DNA of 64,000 nucleotides, from positions 40,541,572 through 40,605,571 of the forward strand of contig CP154954.1 in NCBI GenBank assembly GCA_039621445.1. The letters run 5' to 3'. Under the pieces are notes generated by a model. It saw only the letters and a list, made by a program, of their open reading frames with translations. It was not told where the DNA came from and made no database searches. The DNA is from Euglena gracilis (taxonomy: Eukaryota). Positions 39,862 through 52,300 of this stretch are shown here, piece by piece. The translations under genes and the position numbers were made by a program. The number at the start of each line of letters is the position of its first letter. The stretch's first letter is position 1.

Positions 39862-42011
39862 ATTGGATCACTCCCCCTGATTTTGGCGGGCTTTTTCTCA
39901 ATGGTGGGCGTTGTCGGCATTCAAGAAGGGTGGGGTTCAGGCTTCTTTTTAAGACCCCCAGGGGGGGGTCCCCCACCCAACCAGGGTGTTCGAAATTATG
40001 TTGGCCAGAGACATGGGAAAATCATTTTCTCCAACGAAAGAAAACGTCATGCAACACAGGTCCCCCCAAGAATGACACAATAAGAAAAAAAAGCAAAAAT
40101 CAGTTTTTCACGAAATCCACAAAAATACCCCAAGTGGAAAGGAAGCTGTCAGTGGTCCAGTCTTCTAATGCCCCATTGGATGGTCCAGGGGGGGGACACC
40201 CCAAAATCGGGCCTGTTAAAGGCAATTTCCAAAAAAAAATTCGGCGCTTTTTGCCGAAAAGGTATGCCCGGCGCCTCTGGCGCGGAACCCACCCACCCCC
40301 CCCCCCCCGGGGCCCCCAGCGCTGAAATTTTTGGGACCCCCAAAAATGGCCATTTTTTGGGAAATTTTTTTGGGAAAAACTCAGCTTCAACCTATTAAAA
40401 ACCTCATTTCCCCTCCGGCGCACAGGAAAAAGTTTTTCCAGTTCGAGGGAACTGGAAAAACTGTGGTGGATATAGTGGAAAAAGACGGTGGATATAGTGG
40501 ACTAGCTAGACCCCCCCCCCTAGGTCTAGCTAGTCCACTATATTCCAGCGCTGAGCCGATTTGCTAGCCAGTGCCCCCCGGGGTCCTTAAACAAAAGCCT
40601 GCCTCTAGGTGCCCTCAAAAAATCTTCACACGAGCACTATTTTCAGAAACGACCCCCTCCCAACTTTCCCAAAGCCTGCAGTTCCTGATTTGGGAGAGTG
40701 GGGGAACTTCCGGGTTGACGATATACCCTGCGCAAGGAAACCCCTTTGGATGAGGACGCCAAAAGCACTGTCCACAAAAATTCTCAGCATTAACGCGAAA
40801 ATCATCTTAAAATTTAACTGCAAATAAAAAAACCCAGGGTTTCTAGTCCCCAGTTTGTTTGGTGGGCCTACGGGTGAGTTGGGGGGACCCCAAGTGAGAA
40901 TCCGACCCCCAAAAAATCAGTCCGAAACCCCAATATGAACAATTTTCATCAGGTTTTGTCAAAACGCCATTCCCAAGAAAAAGTGCTTTTGGGCTCTTTT
41001 GGGTTCTCTTTGCGTCCGGAAATAAACGTCCCTAGCAGCTTTCATTTTCCCCCTTCCAAAAGAAGGGTAAGACCAATAATGAGAGTGAGTCTAGGATTTT
41101 TTTTTGCGGGGAATAAAACAGAGGGGGATTAGGGTTAGGAACCCGAACCACCTTATTATTATATCTGCTGCGCAAAAATTGGGGGGGGGGGGGCGAGCAG
41201 CGTGTTTGTCAGTGGGGTGGGAGTAGGCGCCAATTTTTCTTTACACAGCGGACCGCCACCTGTTTTGGTAACCCCCCAAAAAAATCAACGCCCCCCCAAA
41301 ACCCCCTCGCCGGTCCGAGCAAAAAAATACATGACATGCACCACCTTATTTATGACCCCCCCATCCAGCGCGAGTTGCCAGAGTTTTGGAAAATGGCACA
41401 TTTTTGTAAATTTGGTAAGCAAATCTGCCGTTTTGAGACAGCTTTCGCACAATTCAGTATATTTTTATCCTACATGTCAGGCACGAAGCGCCGAGCTTCT
41501 CAACAAATGGTATTTTGTGGGGCATTTTTGGACATTTTGGAGGAACGAAAGCTTTTCCATCAAAAAACCATGAAAAGGGCCCGCCATGAATGAGACCCCC
41601 CCCTCGGGCTTTCCAAAAACCGACCCATGAAATGGACCCGGAATCGTACTCCCTCGAGGAATACCGACCAGGGAGGAAGGGACACCGAGGGCGAAGCACA
41701 AAGACCGTGCGAGGCCATGCCTTGCTCGCCGGCGGTGTTGTGTGATTGATACCTCGGGCTCCGCACTTTGCCTTGCTCGCCGGCGGTGTCGTTCGGATTG
41801 CTCTTTGCGCTGTGTTAGGAGGTCCCGCTTAGTGCCTTTTTTTTCGTCAGAGTTGGCTGATTCTTAATTTGCCCTTCGACACCCAGAAGAAAGGAACTTC
41901 AATTCAAGCCTTGACAATTGAATTTGAAAGAGTTAAGTCAATCAAATCATCCGGAAGCTGACGCTCGTAGAGAATATAAAATCAGAAATTGTTGACAATT
42001 TCAAGACTTCA

Positions 42012-42554
42012 ATGAAAAATGCAATTGCCAACACGAAAAAGAGCATCACTGAACAACAAGAAGTGGCTGCCGCTACAGCTGGACGACCTGACGGCGCAGT
42101 GCAACCGTGGCGATCCGTGGCTCTCCCATCCCCCCCAGAAAAAGTTTCTAAAAACCCACCCAGTGACAGCCACAGACTTTGGCAGACAGTGGTCAGAAAA
42201 ACCCGAAGGACACAAAAGCCAAGACAGCTGTCATGCCACTACGGCAAGGGCCATGGAGGCCCATATCCCAGTTACACACCAATGCTTGTTCAAGCTTGGC
42301 CATGGAGGGCACAGCAGCAAGCTGGGCCATGGCGGCCACAACAGCAATGGCCATGGTGGCCGATGGAACAAAGACCAGGGTGGCCAACAATACCAAGGCC
42401 AGGGTGGCCGTTTCTACAAACAAATACCCAGTGGAAGGGGCAGGACAGGTCCACAACACCCCCCCAACCATTTCATCACCCAAAACCCAGAACTAACCTG
42501 GACCTGAACCAGGCAGAAAAATTCTGCTGGATTACGAAAAAACTGGGTCAGTGA
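42012..42554 (+). pseudogene. gag-like/ORF1 remnant with Gly/His-rich low-complexity C-terminus
   Basis: Position upstream of RT; GHGGH repeats; frameshifted. Confidence 0.45.
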
Positions 42555-42699
42555 CCGAGTTTGGGATTCAGAAATCCAGCACTTTATCCCATGGTTTTTA
42601 ATTTCAAAGCCAGAAGGGGGAACAACCAAATGGAGAATGATCAGCGACTGCATAGAAATAAATCAGCAGTTTCAAGCAAAACCTTTCAAGCTGGGTCAT

Positions 42700-43330
42700 A
42701 TCCAACACATTTTCCAGTTTTGGAAAAAGGCCACTGGGCAGCAAAAATAGACCTAAAGGATGCCTATTTTCAGATTCCATTAGGTCCAGGCCTAAGGCCA
42801 TTTTTAAGGCATCAGGTGGGGGGGGCAGACCTGGGAGTTTTAAACAGGCTGCTTTGGGCTAAATGCAATGCCCCAAATTTTCATGTCAGCGATGAAAACA
42901 TTCGAAAAACTGTGGAGAAAAAGGGGCATCCAGGTGTTTATTTACCTGGACGACATTTTGCTGGTGGCCCCCACCCCAAACATTTTACAAAATCACCTGA
43001 AAATAGTTGTCAAAGATTTGCTGGATTCTGGGTTCAAAATCAATGTGAAAAACTCCACCCTCCAGCCACCCAAGTGGTAACCCATCTGGGGTTTCAACTA
43101 AACTTCCAAAGTTAAAGCTACAGGTGCCCCCCCCAGAAAGTCAAAACCATAAAAAACGAGCTGGGAAAAATTGTGAAAAAAGATTACATGTCAAAAAGGC
43201 AATTGGCTGCCATTTTGGGCCAAATAAGATGCAACCTAATGGCTCTGACCTTTTTAAGGGCTTTTACAGACACGCTGGTGCTTTTTTTGGTGCAAAGTCT
43301 ACATCCCCCTGGGACTCAAAACACCCCACT
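42700..43330 (+). pseudogene. Reverse transcriptase remnant
   Basis: HWAAKIDLKDAYFQIPL, PQIF, IYLDDILL (YLDD at 42943), THLGF; frameshifted. Confidence 0.92.
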
Positions 43331-43416
43331 TCCCAGGAAATCAAGGCCCAATTAAGGGAAATAAGAATTCTGCTGGAAACCTGGGGGGCAGACCATTCCC
43401 CCAAAACGCAACCAGA

Positions 43417-43800
43417 GTGTTTCACTCCGACAGCAGCACCCATGCCTGGGGGGAGGGGGGGCTGGACATCCACACAGGAGAAGTTGTGCAGGAATTTTGG
43501 AGAAAAGACTCCATTTCGCACATCAATGTCAAGGAGCTCAGTGCAGCAATCAGCACTGTGAAAAGTTTGAGCAAACCTGGAGAAACCGTTTCCTTGTCAG
43601 TGGACAACCAGGTAATTTACTTTTACCTAACAAAAGGTTGGGGCAGAAAGGACCCCTTCAACAAAATGCTGAGACCATTTCTCAAATGGTGCATGGAGCA
43701 CCAAGTAAACCTCCAAGTCAACTGGGTACCTTCAAAAGACTGCCTAGACCCCATCAGCAGATGGGAAATGGACAGGGGGGATTATTCTTTAGACCCCAAC
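43417..43800 (+). pseudogene. RNase H remnant (DIRS-type)
   Basis: SDSSTHAWG, HINVKELSA, VDNQV, WVPSKD..DPISR. Confidence 0.9.
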
Positions 43801-43839
43801 TTTTTCAATGGCTCAAAAGCAATTCACAAATTTCATAAA

Positions 43840-44200
43840 TCTGGAAACAGATTTATTTGCCTCCCCAGGTAACAAAAAACTGCCCAATTTTGTGGCCAGG
43901 TGTCCCCAATGGGAAGCCACGGAAGTAAATGCATTACAATGTCCACTGAACAACATGGGAGATCTTTATGCAAACACCCCCGGTGAATAATTCAACAATT
44001 TCTACCCAGGTTGAAAATGTTTCCCCAGACCAAAGTTTTGATGGTCACCCCCTACTGGGATTCAGCCACCTGATGGCCCCAAATAATAAAATGAAAGTTC
44101 CAGGGACCACTGCCTGAAAATCACCCCCTACAGGGGCATGTTCACCAACTGCAGGGGGGAGCAAATGCCACCCCCCGAGTGGCTCCTGGTTTGCATGATT
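43840..44200 (+). pseudogene. DNA N6-adenine methyltransferase-like domain remnant
   Basis: DLFASPGNKKLPNF...LYANTP (NPP-like)...LMVTPYW, as in DIRS1-like elements. Confidence 0.75.
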
Positions 44201-44306
44201 TGCTCAGGTAAATATTGGAGGGGAAACAAATTCAGGTTGAGAACATTAACGATTTCCTGGGGAGAAACCCCAGCTTAAAACGTTATCAGAGTGCTTTTGC
44301 ACTTCT

Positions 44307-45110
44307 GTGGGTAATTTCGGAACACATGGGGGTGCCCCCCCTGAAGCCACCACAGACCAAGTGGCTGACGCTTTAATTCAATTATTCCAATTTTCCAAGG
44401 CCCAAGCCCGTAATGCCTACAGTGCTATGCTTTTGATCACTGGGTTTGGTGGGCTGAGATTCCACACTCTGTTTACCTTCTGCAAGAGGCTTTGGAACCA
44501 AAACCTGGAGAAGTATGGGGCATTTTGGGACCCCCTCCCAATCCTCCTGGGGCTGGCAAAGGCGCCCATGCACACTGATATTTGTACATTGTGTACGAAA
44601 CTGGTTTTTTGCTCACGAATCCTCTGTTTGTACCGATCCTCAGACTTATCGCAAGTCAAACAAACCACCAGTGTGTTGGGTAGGGCACCCTACATCAAGA
44701 TTAAGCGCAAAGGACAGGAATCCCATAAGTGGGAAAGGGTTGTGTGCATTCCCCAGTGTCCCCAAATAAGCCCCTTTCATTTAACGATGTGCTATGTGGC
44801 TGCTACACGTTTATTCGTCAGACCTGGGCCCCCATCTGATTTCATTAAAACCCCCCCTTCAGGGCCATAAGTGCTGACACAATTGCTTCTATCACAAAAG
44901 ACTTTTTTGGCCAATCATGGGGTACCCCTCCAGGTGTGGGGGGCCCACCCCACCAGAGGGGAAGGGGTTAGTTTACTCAAAAAATTGCGCCTTTCTGCCC
45001 AAGAAGTTTGTGAAACTGGCCAGTGGAGGGGGGCGGAGGCTTTTACAGCCGACTATCAACGACTTGGTGCCAAAGGTGCCCTGGAAAATGCCCTGGCTTC
45101 CTTAATTTCA
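44307..45110 (+). pseudogene. Tyrosine recombinase remnant
   Basis: LYRSSDL (R), KRKG (K), HPTR (HxxR), GQW...FTADY (W, Y); frameshift near 44830-44870. Confidence 0.85.
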
Positions 45111-46246
45111 GTGCACAATCTGGCCTCACAAGGGCAAAGTGCGGAGCCCGAGGTGCCTCGTACTCCCCCGAGGAAAACAACAAGTGAGGAAGGGACACCG
45201 AGGGCGAAGCACAAAGACCTCGTGAGCTCGACCCCCCCCCACCCGTAAAATAAAATTTGTGTTCAAAAGCCCCGGTCAGAGAGTGGGGACCAGGGGGGAG
45301 AGGGGGAACACCCCCCCCCAGGGGCAAGAAGCCCCGTCGCCCAGTCGGAGCAGCATCGTAAGCCAACTACGGCGAGGCGGCACTAAGCGGGACCTCCAAA
45401 CCCAACGCACCAGAACAATCCAAACAGCACCGCCGGCAAGCAAGGCATGGCCTCACAAGGTTTTTGTGCTTCGCCCTCGAGGGAGTACGACACCGCTCCT
45501 GACCCCTTCCCCCTTTTCCGGGCGTCTGGGATTGGGGTTGACCATTCGGGCTCCGCACTGCGAGATGGTGAGGTCCTGCTTTCCTTGCCGGCTGTTCTGT
45601 TCTGGTGTGTTTGTGCGTGCGCGGGGGGTGCTTCTTACTGCTTTTTGTTGCCGGAGTTGGCCGATCCTAATTCTGCCCTTCGACCTCAAGGAGAAAGAGT
45701 TTTACTTCAAGTGGAATTGCTTTTCGAGGAGTATTACCGTTCCGAGAACGAATACTTTTACCAACTGGTGGACCGAACTGACCCCTTCCCCCTTTTCCGG
45801 GGGTCTGGGATTGGGGTTTAGGATTTCGGTTTATCCCAAAATCTTTTCGGGGATCGCACCCCTGGTTCGCAGAGGACCCACTGTTAATTCTTCAAGACCG
45901 GGGATTTTTGGCGGCCGCAGAGACCCCATATTATAGCAAAATTTGAGTCAAACCCACCTGAACTCAAAAGCAACCTCAAAACCAAAACAAAAAGTCGAGT
46001 AAATGCCTTTTGGCAACTGAAAAAAACCCTCACGTTGAGGAAGACCAAACCTTACTCTCCTGGGAGCGGTTCCCCCAAAAACCAAGCTTTGATGTGGAGG
46101 GAAAAAAAAAATTTTACAGGCAAAACCACTCAGGAGAAATGCACTGCCCACATGGGGGACAAGACCAAAGAACAGGTGATGCCATCAGACAAATTCTTTT
46201 CCCAAAGCGGTCCAAAAAATGTCGCGTTGCCAAACAAAATAATGAT

Positions 46247-46309
46247 CTATTCCTTCAACTTCTCCTTCACCATCTCCGAGAGCTTACTGGCATCTTGGAT
46301 TCCTTCACC
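46247..46309 (-). CDS. Candidate terminal exon 16: GEGIQDASKLSEMVKEKLKE*
   Basis: CCATAG acceptor, phase 0, TAG stop at 46249-46247. Confidence 0.6.
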   Translation of the reverse strand, partial: GEGIQDASKLSEMVKEKLKE

Positions 46310-49300
46310 CTATGGATGGAGCACACAGAGGCGCAATCATCAACAGCATTCGTGGTTTTAAGACCCCCCACTCCATTTCCCCGTACAGCCGCAGGTTGCA
46401 AGACATGACACAGGCAGGGTTCGATATAAGGACAGGTGGGGGGGGGGGTGGGGGGTGGGGGGGGACACCCCCCCACCTAAACAGGTGCGCGGTCAGGGTG
46501 GCCGAAAATTTTTGACCCCCCAAAACGACCAAAAGTGCCATTTTGGGCACTTTTTGGGCAAAAATGTGCCAAAAATGCAAAAAATTTTCGGCGCGAAGCG
46601 CCGGAGGAAAAAATTGACCCTTTTTGGGGGGGTCAATTTTTGCCCCCCAGGGTCGGTCTGGACCCCCCTTGCAGGTGGGGGGGGGGTGGTCCGGACCCCC
46701 CCTGCGGGCCAGGAGGGGGGGGGGGGTGGGGGGGGACACCCCCCCCACCTAAACCATGTACGCCCTCCTTATATCGAACCCTGGACACAGGAAGAGGATG
46801 AGGAAAGAGGATTGGGGGAACATATGCAGTATCCACCTTTTTTGCTGGAGATTTTAATTCCGTCCTTCACTTCACATTTGCTGGCCATGAAGGGGAAGCA
46901 CGGCAGCACACCTTCGTTGCACACACATGCACAGCGTGCACACAAAGCCACACAACGCATGCACGCACGCACGCACACTTGCACACTCACTCACACACAC
47001 ACACCACAAATGCATCATGCACGAGCATCCATGCATTTATGAAATCATGCACTTGCAACACACCGGTATCTGGCCCTCTGCTATTTGGCGCAGAATTTCT
47101 TGGATGGAGGCCTCTTCTTGCCATCTGCGTCGTAATCATCCAGCGGGTGCTCCACCCCCACATTTGCCCCAAACCAAAAACAACCGATCAAACGACTTCT
47201 GAGCTGCAAAGTGCCCGTCTGTCTCTTTCAAGCCGTTGAGGTGACTGCCCAATTTGAGACAGACAATTTGAGACCTTGTTTTTAAACATTCGACATTCCT
47301 TTGCACCCAACCTTGAGTTGACAATTGAGATGCCAAACTGGTCCTCCTGTCAGCCAAACTAGTCCTCCTTTTTCCCTTTCGACAGAAAAGGCCTGTGTGG
47401 GACTCCTCCTCTGTGTCCCCAGGACCAAGGATGGTATTCCACTCCATTATTCTGTGGGCCTGTGAGAGAAAATGGAAGCTGAGGGTGACACAACCCTCCC
47501 CATGTGCAAAAGGGCAAAAAAATTTGTTGTGAAGCACAGCAAATGCAGCAAATGCAGTAGATGACCACTGCAAATGCCTCTCAATTCAAATGCCTCCAAT
47601 GCCGATGGTTAGCCGTAATTTCGGGGGTTTCAGGGCTGGGGAGGATTGAGGGCTCCCCACATATGGGGCAACCCCTGAACAAAGCCAGCCACTTGATGCC
47701 CTGTCCTAAGACCTCCACAGACGGTGTACTGGGATGCTCAAATTTAACAGTTGCTTCCTCGTCATTTGTATCCATAATGCCAGGTAAAGGTCAAACTTTG
47801 CAATCCATTTTTTTATTTTTTTTGGAAAATTGCAAATTCTTGACGATTCCTGGAAAACCTTGGTACATTTTCTGTGCTGTGTGGATCCCTTTCGAACCTT
47901 AAATTCTGCAATAGAACTTCCATTTTAAACAAATATTTCAGATTGCGATGGACTAAAATTGCTAGCCATCGATTTTTTTTCAAAAAAATAGAATGATGAA
48001 TGTCTTCCTTTTTGGCAATGGGAAATTTGTTGAAAGTGCAAAAAAAATCAGCGAAAAGAGCTTTTGATGATGACATCGCACCTGAACTGTCAAAGCTGAT
48101 GGAGAGAGATATTATCACCAAGAAACACCCCCCCCCCAATATAAGCAACCCCCCTCAAAAAAACCAAGCAACCCTTTGGCCGATTTTCAGCCACCACCGA
48201 AATATAAACACAACCCAAATATAAGCAACCCCTGACTGGACAATACGAAGGAATTTGCATTAAAATGGTGTAAGGACAGCAGAAATCAGCCAAATCAGCT
48301 CTATTTTTTTGGCGATGAAAAAAATTACCAAAATGACCCCAACGGTGGAACCCCTGAGCCCCCCAAGGGGGGACCAGAGGGTGGGTGGATGGGTCCAGAC
48401 CCCCCCCTCCCTCCACCCTGGGCACTAAAAAAACCTCTGCCGCACAGTGTGGCGAGGGCTCCAAGGAGGGGGGTTCATGGTGTGGCAAGAATGGCAAAAG
48501 ACCTAACCAAGTGAAACCATTTTCTTTTTCAATGCTAAATACCACCCAAAGCTGACTTTGTTCCTTCAAAGAATGTCATGTTCCAAAATTATTTAATGTT
48601 TAATTTTGGGAAATTTGGGGAAAACCAAAACCACAGTGGGAAACATGCATCTGGGGCATGGTTTTTTTTTAACCCCTGGCGCAGATCCCCATTGTATATG
48701 TAATCCCCTTGCCCCCAAATTCCGAGTATAAGCAAGCCCTGCAGGATCTTCGGAAGGTTAACCCGTTTGGGGTACAGCAAATTGTTGAGTTGACTGGCTC
48801 AATGGAACCCCCCCCCCTGCCAATCAACTCTCATCAACCCTTCAAGCGATCGACTCAATGTTGAGTCGATCGACTGAGTCTGTCAAAAAGACCCCCCGGG
48901 GTCCGGACCCACCCACCCACCCTGGAGGGTGGAAGGGGCCCGGACCCACTTTTGGCGTCCAAAGATCCTTTCGCTGCTTCCTGCCAAAAAATAGACCAAA
49001 ACCCCACCACCAAGGGGCACCCACTCAGCCCAACCCCCCCCTCCCCCGGAGGGGGCTCGGCCGTGACCCAACCAACCACCCCAGGGTTTGATATAAGGAC
49101 AGGTGGGGGGGGTGGCCCGGACCCCCCCCCCCCTGCGGGCCAGGAGGGGGGGGTGGGGGGACCCCCCCACCTGAACAGTGGCGTGGTCTGGGTGACCGAA
49201 AATTTTTGACCCCCCAAAACGACCAAAAGTGCCATTTTGGGCACTTTTTGGGCAAAAATTTTCCAAAAAATGCAAAAAATTTCGGCGCAAAGCGCCGGAG

Positions 49301-52300
49301 GAAAAAAATTGACCCTTTTGGGGGGGTCCCGGGTATCCCCGAGGGTCGGTCTGGACCCCCCTGGCAGGTGGGGGGGGGGGTGGTCCGAACCCCCCTGCGG
49401 GCCAGGAGGGGGGGGGGGGGGGGGGGGGACACCCCCCCACCTGAACCATGTACGCCCTCCTGATATCAGACCCTGAACCACCCCCCAGGGTCACAAAACT
49501 CAAAAAAAATCTGCCCCCCTGATTCCAGAAGAAGCATATCTACAATAAATTCAAACCACTTTGGAGGTGAACATTCATTGCACATGCAACTAAATATTTT
49601 CCATGCCCAACTGACAAATCAACGTCAAAAATTCGTGCCAAACCTCCACATTCCAGTGAGGAAAATCATGCGCATTGTACTCCTCAATTTCGGCCTCCAG
49701 CTATCACCAACCATGGCTTCCCACACTCTGTCTGCACACTGCACATCCCACACCTTCATCATATCGTACATGGCCAGACCATCAGGGTGCAAGATGATGT
49801 CGCTGTCGTCCACGCAGTCAAACAAGAAAGTGATTGCCTTGATCTCCGTCGCCGTCAGATCCGGATGCCACACCCGCATGATTGTCCTCTCAGCATAGCA
49901 ATGCATTGGGTAACCTTGGCCCCAGCCCCCACCTGGACGGTGCTATGTCCCTCGCTTGGGGCGTTGTGCGGGGCCCCCTCCCCAGCAATGCCGAGGGCAA
50001 CACGTAGCGGTCTTCATTGGACTCGTTGACCGCCTCGTGGATGAACGTGGTGTCCAGCAGGAACATCTCTCCGTCCCTGTCAGACGAGAGCACCACAAAA
50101 GGGGCAAAAGGAAATGCAATTGAGGGGTAAAAAACCTTCAAAAAATGTGTCAGAACAAAATCGAAACACTCCCTCCGGGTTGAAAGAAAACCAGGTGGGG
50201 GGCCACCCTCGACCACCCACAGGTGGTATAACACCCCCCAGATGGGTCCTGCAGCTGGAGCTACGTCCAGAAAAATCAAAACAGCAACAAAAAATCCAGA
50301 AAGAGCAAAATAATACAAATTTTAATCATACGGTCGCTTTCGACTCATTTTGGCTACTTCAAAAGTAGAAAAAATTCCGTCAGCGTTGGGTAGCTGGACA
50401 AAGGTCAAAATACTGACAGGAAAAAAAAAGCGTTGTCAGACCACCTGGGGGATCCAGGATGACAGAAAGCTGGGGGGGAGGTTGGACCTGCTGAATATGT
50501 TCGCAGTCTCAGTCGGTCGACTCAACCATGGGTCGATCAACCCTCGGAAAATCAATTTGCAGGGGGTGGTCCTGTTGAGTCGACTCAGCAATCCAATCTG
50601 CTGATGGGGTGTGTTTGTTGGCTATCCAACCCCGTGGGTCCATGAATTCTTCAAGGGTTGGTCGACCCACTAGACCCATGGTGAATTGAACGGGTCGACG
50701 CAACCACAGGCCTTTGCACACCCGGGTGAACGCCACAGGCCCCTGGACACCAAAATTGAGCCCAGGGAAAAGTGCTCCCCCAGCCGGCAAGGACAGCCAC
50801 CGGATCCCACCGGGGATTTTTTTTTACCATTTGACTGGTGACTTCCCACCAGATCCCACCGCATCCCACCGGAAATTTTCTTCCACGCACAGATTTTTCT
50901 TCTGGATTTCTTCATTATAAGGGCATCGTCATGTGGTGGTCCCAAGTGGTGATGGGGCAAAAGAGAGCACCTGGCTGGGCCCATTAAACAGAGCCAAAAG
51001 GTGACTCATGTGGGACAATAAAAAAAAGGCCAAACCCCTGACCCCAGGGGCCATGAATGTGGTTATGCTGTGCACCCACTGCACGATGCAAAAAGCCGGT
51101 CCAAACCGCTTTGCCACATCTGTTTTTTCCCCCCCCCCCCCCCCCAAGGCAAATAAAAATTTCTGAAAATGACTGAATTTTTTTGCAAGTCCGCACGAAA
51201 CACAAAGTACGTTATTTTGGGGCCCCCGAATGATGTGCCGATTTTTAGGTCAAACGTTCCTTCGGTGCCGAAAGAATGTCTCTGCACGGCGCTGTGGGGG
51301 GACTCTCTGACTGCTGGGGGGCTCCGACATAAATTCAGTTGGTACCTCCCTGGGGGACAGGCAAGGACAGTCATCCCCGGTTTTTGGTCTCCGGTGGGGT
51401 CCGGTGGGATCCGGTGGGTTGCATGGGTTTCTGGAAGAGTCAGCAACCTTGCAGAGGCAAGCTTTCAGGCAAATTGAGCAAAAAAAATGGACCTCCAGTA
51501 CCTTTGGCACGGAGTTCTTGTACAGTCAACCGACCTAGTTGGTCGACTCAACTATAGGTCGACTCAGCAGTCTGATAAACTAACAGGTTATGGGGTTTTT
51601 GAATGATAACGTCTCCGTCAATTCGACAATTCAGGTGCGTGGTTTAAACCCACCCCCACTTTTATTGAAAACCCAGGCCAACCAACCCACGTACCCAAAA
51701 CTAGCCTAAAATCGGCAGAAACTCTTGCAAACTTTTTCCAGCATGGCCTTTGACTGGCTGGACTGACCCATGGTGCACCTTGGGGGGGGGGTTCCAGCGG
51801 CCCAACCCACCCACCCACTTTCAAAAACCTGGGGGGGGGGTCATGCAGATGCTAAATTAATATGTGGGCTCGGCCAAATGCCCAGGCAGATGGGAGACAG
51901 CGTTGGACCCTTCACCATAAAGCAAGGGGAGGGGAACGCAACATTGACCCTTGACGACGCAAAAAGATGCAAAAAAATTGCATGTGTATTCCTTCAGGAG
52001 CTCCCCCAGGATGTACACTTTTCTGCTGGAGAGGACTTGGATTTTTTTTCATCTTTTTGGGGGAATGGCTTTCATCATTGCAAACCATTCCAAATTTCTG
52101 CAATTTGTTGGCCAAAAGTCCAAAAAAACACTTTTTTTTGGCAAAAACTTTAGTCTCGGGAAAATATCAGGACCAAAAAGGTAGAATTTTTGCGGGTCGG
52201 AAAAACTCCGAGCAAAGCAGGACACAAAAAAAACCCCCAAAGACATGAAAAAAATGCAATTTTGCCAAAATAAAAAAACGCACGTACAAAAAAAAACCGT

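Larger units (their letters stand above)
41640..45820 (+). mobile_element. Degenerate DIRS-type tyrosine-recombinase retrotransposon
   Basis: Order gag-like, RT, RNase H, MT, YR with many frameshifts and stops; direct and inverted terminal repeats; boundaries approximate. Confidence 0.9.

Noticed and set aside
1-41500. Long Pro/Gly/Arg-rich ORFs in the track (e.g. 19395-20831, 5054-6046, 34484-35407)
   Set aside because: They cross MITE and repeat boundaries, are not conserved in frame between paralogous copies, and show no recognisable domains.
49625-49753. Read-through C-terminus VWDVQCAD...GTNF*
   Set aside because: A GTGTGG donor at 49753 and phase-compatible downstream exons give a more plausible ending; not excluded without cDNA.
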